In this document: in pieces, positions 60,944 to 64,000 of the stretch | Layout of the letters: every line of letters starts with the position of its first letter | Position numbering within the stretch: position 1 is the first letter of the stretch | Source: Cyanophora paradoxa CCMP329 | Lineage: Eukaryota > Plantae > Glaucophyta | Reading direction: 5' to 3' | DNA: 64,000 bases | Assembly (NCBI GenBank): GCA_004431415.1 | Contig: QPMI01000197.1 | Coordinates: forward strand, 13,341-77,340 | Program-made: the position numbers and the translations under genes | The notes under the pieces: model-generated | Seen by the model: the letters and a program-made list of their open reading frames with translations, nothing else | Told to the model about the DNA's origin: nothing | Databases searched by the model: none

Positions 60944-62920
60944 CTACGCGAGCGGCGGCGGGAGCGACTCGTACGGCTGCGGATGTTGTCAGCGGTGGGC
61001 GAGGGGGGTGGGGAAGGGGTGGAGGGCGGACGGGGACGGCGGCGACGGCGGCGTCGATGAGGGCGCAGAGTTTCGCGAAAGACGCCTGCTGGTACATGTT
61101 ACTGAAGAAGACCGCTGAGGGCAGCCCCGGGACGCGGCGTCAGCGGCGCGCGGGGCGGGCGCCGCGGCTGCGCCGAGCGCGGCGGGGCGGACCGTTGTGG
61201 CTCGAGAAGGCGGCCATGTCGGCGGGGAGGCCGTCGCAGGCGGGGAACTTCTCGTTTGGGTCGTCCACGAAGGGGATGATGGCCTTGCGCAGGTACAGGC
61301 TCATGACGACCTCCTTTCGGACCCTGCGCCGCGCCCCGCGGGGTGGCTTGGCTTGCGGGGCCGCCGGGGGGGGCGGACGGCACCAGTCGGTGGAGAGGGC
61401 GGCCGAGGGGGCCTTGTCTTCGAAGCAGCGGTCCAGGGTCCCCGGCGTGAGCACGAAGACTGCGCCCGGGCGTCAGGAGGAAGGCGGGCGAGGCGGGGGC
61501 CGCCGGCGGGACGCGCCGTCGCAGCAGGAGCGGCGGAGGCTCTCGAGGATTTTCGGGCCGAAATTGCCGCCCTGGAGGCTCTGCAGGTCGTAGAAGACCT
61601 TGTAGCTGCCGCAGTTTCAGGCGTGGAAGGGCGCGAGGCTGGCGCGTGTGGCCGCACCCGATCTTGTCGAGTGCCTCGCGCACGAGCGCCGCGAGGAGGT
61701 TCTTCTTGTCCTTGTCCGACCGCCGGTACGTGATGCTGCGCGACCTCAGGGGCGAGCGAAAGGAGCGCGGAGGAGGCAAGGCGGCGCACAAGGCGTGGAA
61801 CTCGTAGCCGGGGGGCAGCGGCGGGGCGCGCCGGGCGGCGGCGCTCTGCGGGCGGGCCCGGGGCGCGTTCGGCGCCGCGCTGGCGAGGCCGTGCTCCCTC
61901 GCGAGATCGGAAATCTACAGCTGCGTCAGGTAGGTCCGAGGGAGGGGCGGGTGGCGGGGAGGGAGGTGTGCCTTTAGGAGCAGGTTGCGGCGGACGAGGC
62001 CCGACTCGACGCCGAGCTCCTCGCGCAGATCGCCGTCGGTGAGGGTGAGGAGGACCTGCCCGTCGACGGCGCAGCCCTCGAAGGCCGGGGCCAGCCTGCC
62101 GAGGTCGAGGGACCGGAGCCACTCGCAGACGTCGGCCACGCGCATGCCCCGCGGGTCCTTCGCCGCCGCCGCGGGGGCGGGCACTGCCGGCGCGGGCGCC
62201 GCGGCGGGCGAGGCCGAAGGGGCGGCGGCCGCAGGGAGGCTGCGCGCTGTCGTCGGGAGGCGGGAAGGCGCGGGCGGGGCGTGCGCGGACCGGGGGTTGA
62301 AGGGCCGGGGCGGCGGAGGGGCGCGGGCGGGGGCGGGGCGGGGCGGGCTGCAGCGCGGGGTGAGAGGCGGGGCGCGGGGGCGGGGCGGCGGGGCGCACCG
62401 CGGGGGCGGGGGCGGGGAGGGAGCGGAGGTAGGGCACGACGGCGGCGCACTGGGCTTTACCGTCGCTGCGGTTCTCGTTGACGGCGCGGCGGACGGGCTC
62501 GGGCCACGATTCTAGCTGCTGTACCCACAGCTGCTGCAGGGCGGCAAGGCGGCCGATCTCCGGCGGCAGCGCCGTCAGCTGGTTGTCACCCACGTACAGT
62601 GTCTGCAGGGCGGCGAGGCGGCCGATCTCCGGCGGCAGCGCTGTCAGCTGGTTAAAGCTCACGTCCAGCACCTGCAGGGCGGAGAGGCGGCCGATCTCCG
62701 GCGGAAGCGCCGTCAGCTGGTTGCTCTGCAACCACAGCTTCTCCAGGTTCGTCAGCTTGGCGAGCTCGGCCCCCGGGATGCGCGTGAGCCTGTTCCCGTC
62801 GAGGCGGAGCCAGCGGATGTTCTCCGGCCCCGCCGCCGCAATCTCCGCCGCCGGCCACTCCTCCCGCCCCTCCCACCCCAGGTCCAGCTTCCCCTCCGCC
62901 GGGATCCACCCCCCGCCCAT
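60944..62920 (-). CDS. LRR-SAM-TIR receptor copy F (4 full + 1 partial LRR, SAM, SARM1-like TIR)
   Basis: The SAM reads MRVADVCEWLRSLDLGRLAPAFEGCAVDGQVLLTLTDGDLREELGV. The spliced TIR reads HAFITYRRSD..LLAALVREALDKIGYKVFYDLQSLQGGNFGPKILESLRRSCCDVFVLTPGTLDRCFED..DWVRKEVVMSLYLRKAIIPFVD..LPADMAAFSSHNAVFFSNMYQQASFAKL. The linker exon (~62291-62347) needs a 1-2 nt indel in its C-runs to join frames. Confidence 0.82.
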
Positions 62921-64000
62921 GCCTGCGGGGCGGTCAGCGGCAGAAGCGCGCCGCGGGGAGCGCGCCCCCGCCCCGCCCGGCGGGTCCCCAGCCTGCGGGG
63001 GGCCGCCCGGCCCGCGCTGAGCCCCTCCCGCAGGGGGCGGTGCACGCGCGCGCCGGGCTCTGCCTTTACCGGCCGCCCCGCCCCGCCCGAGCCGCGGCTC
63101 GGGGGAGCGGACGGCGGCCTATGGGAGATTGCACCCCCACGCCCGGGCGCGCGCTGGGTCCTCCCCCCGCTGGGTCCTCCCCCCCCCCCCCCGTTCGTGG
63201 GTTGGCGAACGAGGCAGCAAGCAACGCCGGAGCGTGGGGCCCCCCCCACAGGCCCGAAACCAACAACTCGCCCCGCATCTTATCCGACGTCCGCGCGCCC
63301 GCCGCGTCGCTTGGTGGGATCAGTGCGACCCCTCGCACGCTGCTAGGCGACCCGTGCGGCCCAGAGCGAATTCGAAGCGATTCGTAGATTCTAGACCGGC
63401 GCCGGCGGGGTCCGCCCAGCGGCAACTAGCGAGCAACCGGGGTTCTGCGCCCGCCCGGAGGAGCGCACCTTCGACGGATCGCCTTGACGCAACAGATCCG
63501 AGCTTTCGGAACCGACGGAGCCCGCCCGGTCAGAAATCCTCGCCGGACGCGCGCTGCCTGCTGGCTGCTCGCCCGCTGTTCTGTGCAGGGAGCTGAGGGC
63601 CGGTACAAGCAAGCAATGAGCGAACGACAGGCGAGCGATGCCAGAAACCCGTCGGCTTCGCACCTGCCGCGATGAATGCCGATGAATTTCACCGAAGCGC
63701 GGGGGTACGGCCACGCCGAAGCGCCGGGGTACGGTCGCGCCGCCGGGTTGCGGGCCTCTGCTGCTTTCATGGCGGGCGGGCGGGTCTGTGAGCTGCATAT
63801 ACCTATAAACGGCGTCCCGGACCGGTGCACCACTGCCTGTCCACTTCAACATGCGCCAGCCTTGCAGAGCGATCATGATCAGGACGCAGGCGCAGCTGCA
63901 GCTGCAGTCATCAAGACGCAGCTGCGCCGCGGCGCCTGCGCAGCTGCATCTGGTGCAGCCGAGGCCCGAGGCCATGGTGGAGCATAGCCCCGGCCACGGT
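62921..64000. repeat. Shared upstream block, copy F (runs to window edge)
   Basis: Near-identical to the blocks upstream of A, C and E. Confidence 0.9.

Noticed and set aside
11812-62920. Interpretation as TLRs, NLRs or ROCO proteins
   Set aside because: No signal peptide or TM segment, and no P-loop NB-ARC/NACHT or Roc-COR motifs in any copy.
12780-62920. Diversity-generating retroelement or recombinase-driven LRR assembly
   Set aside because: No reverse transcriptase, template/variable repeat pair, adenine-specific variation or recombination signal sequences are visible in the window.

Overview
Eukaryotic, intron-dense DNA with two compositional zones. (1) Bases 1-11811 are much less GC-rich and read as the right part of a large CACTA/EnSpm-type DNA transposon. 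It has a spliced Tnp2-like transposase on the - strand, a divergent spliced unknown gene, ~360-bp tandem repeats, 15-bp subterminal repeats and a CAGTG terminus, and it is inserted into an intron of a host gene. (2) Bases 11812-64000 are very GC-rich host DNA from a protist or alga with short GC-rich introns, many of them GC-AG; the organism cannot be fixed from sequence alone. The main feature is a dispersed cluster of six co-oriented paralogous genes (A-F). Each has the same upstream block and one intronless exon of 5-11 hypervariable 23-aa LRRs. This exon joins at a fixed point (LRSLPAxA) to one of three different multi-exon TIR modules: TIR_2-type in A, C and E; a second TIR type in B and D; and SAM plus a strongly SARM1-like TIR in F. 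No signal peptide or TM helix is visible, so this looks like a modular, diversifying family of cytosolic LRR-TIR (putative NADase) immune receptors. Other genes in the window: a START-domain gene (plus a duplicate of its 3' half), a MORN-repeat gene (plus a 5'-truncated duplicate), aminopeptidase P and a PNPOx-like FMN-binding gene. There is also an 82-bp mini-CACTA with a 3-bp TSD. Exon structures were reconstructed by hand, and homopolymer indel errors are likely.
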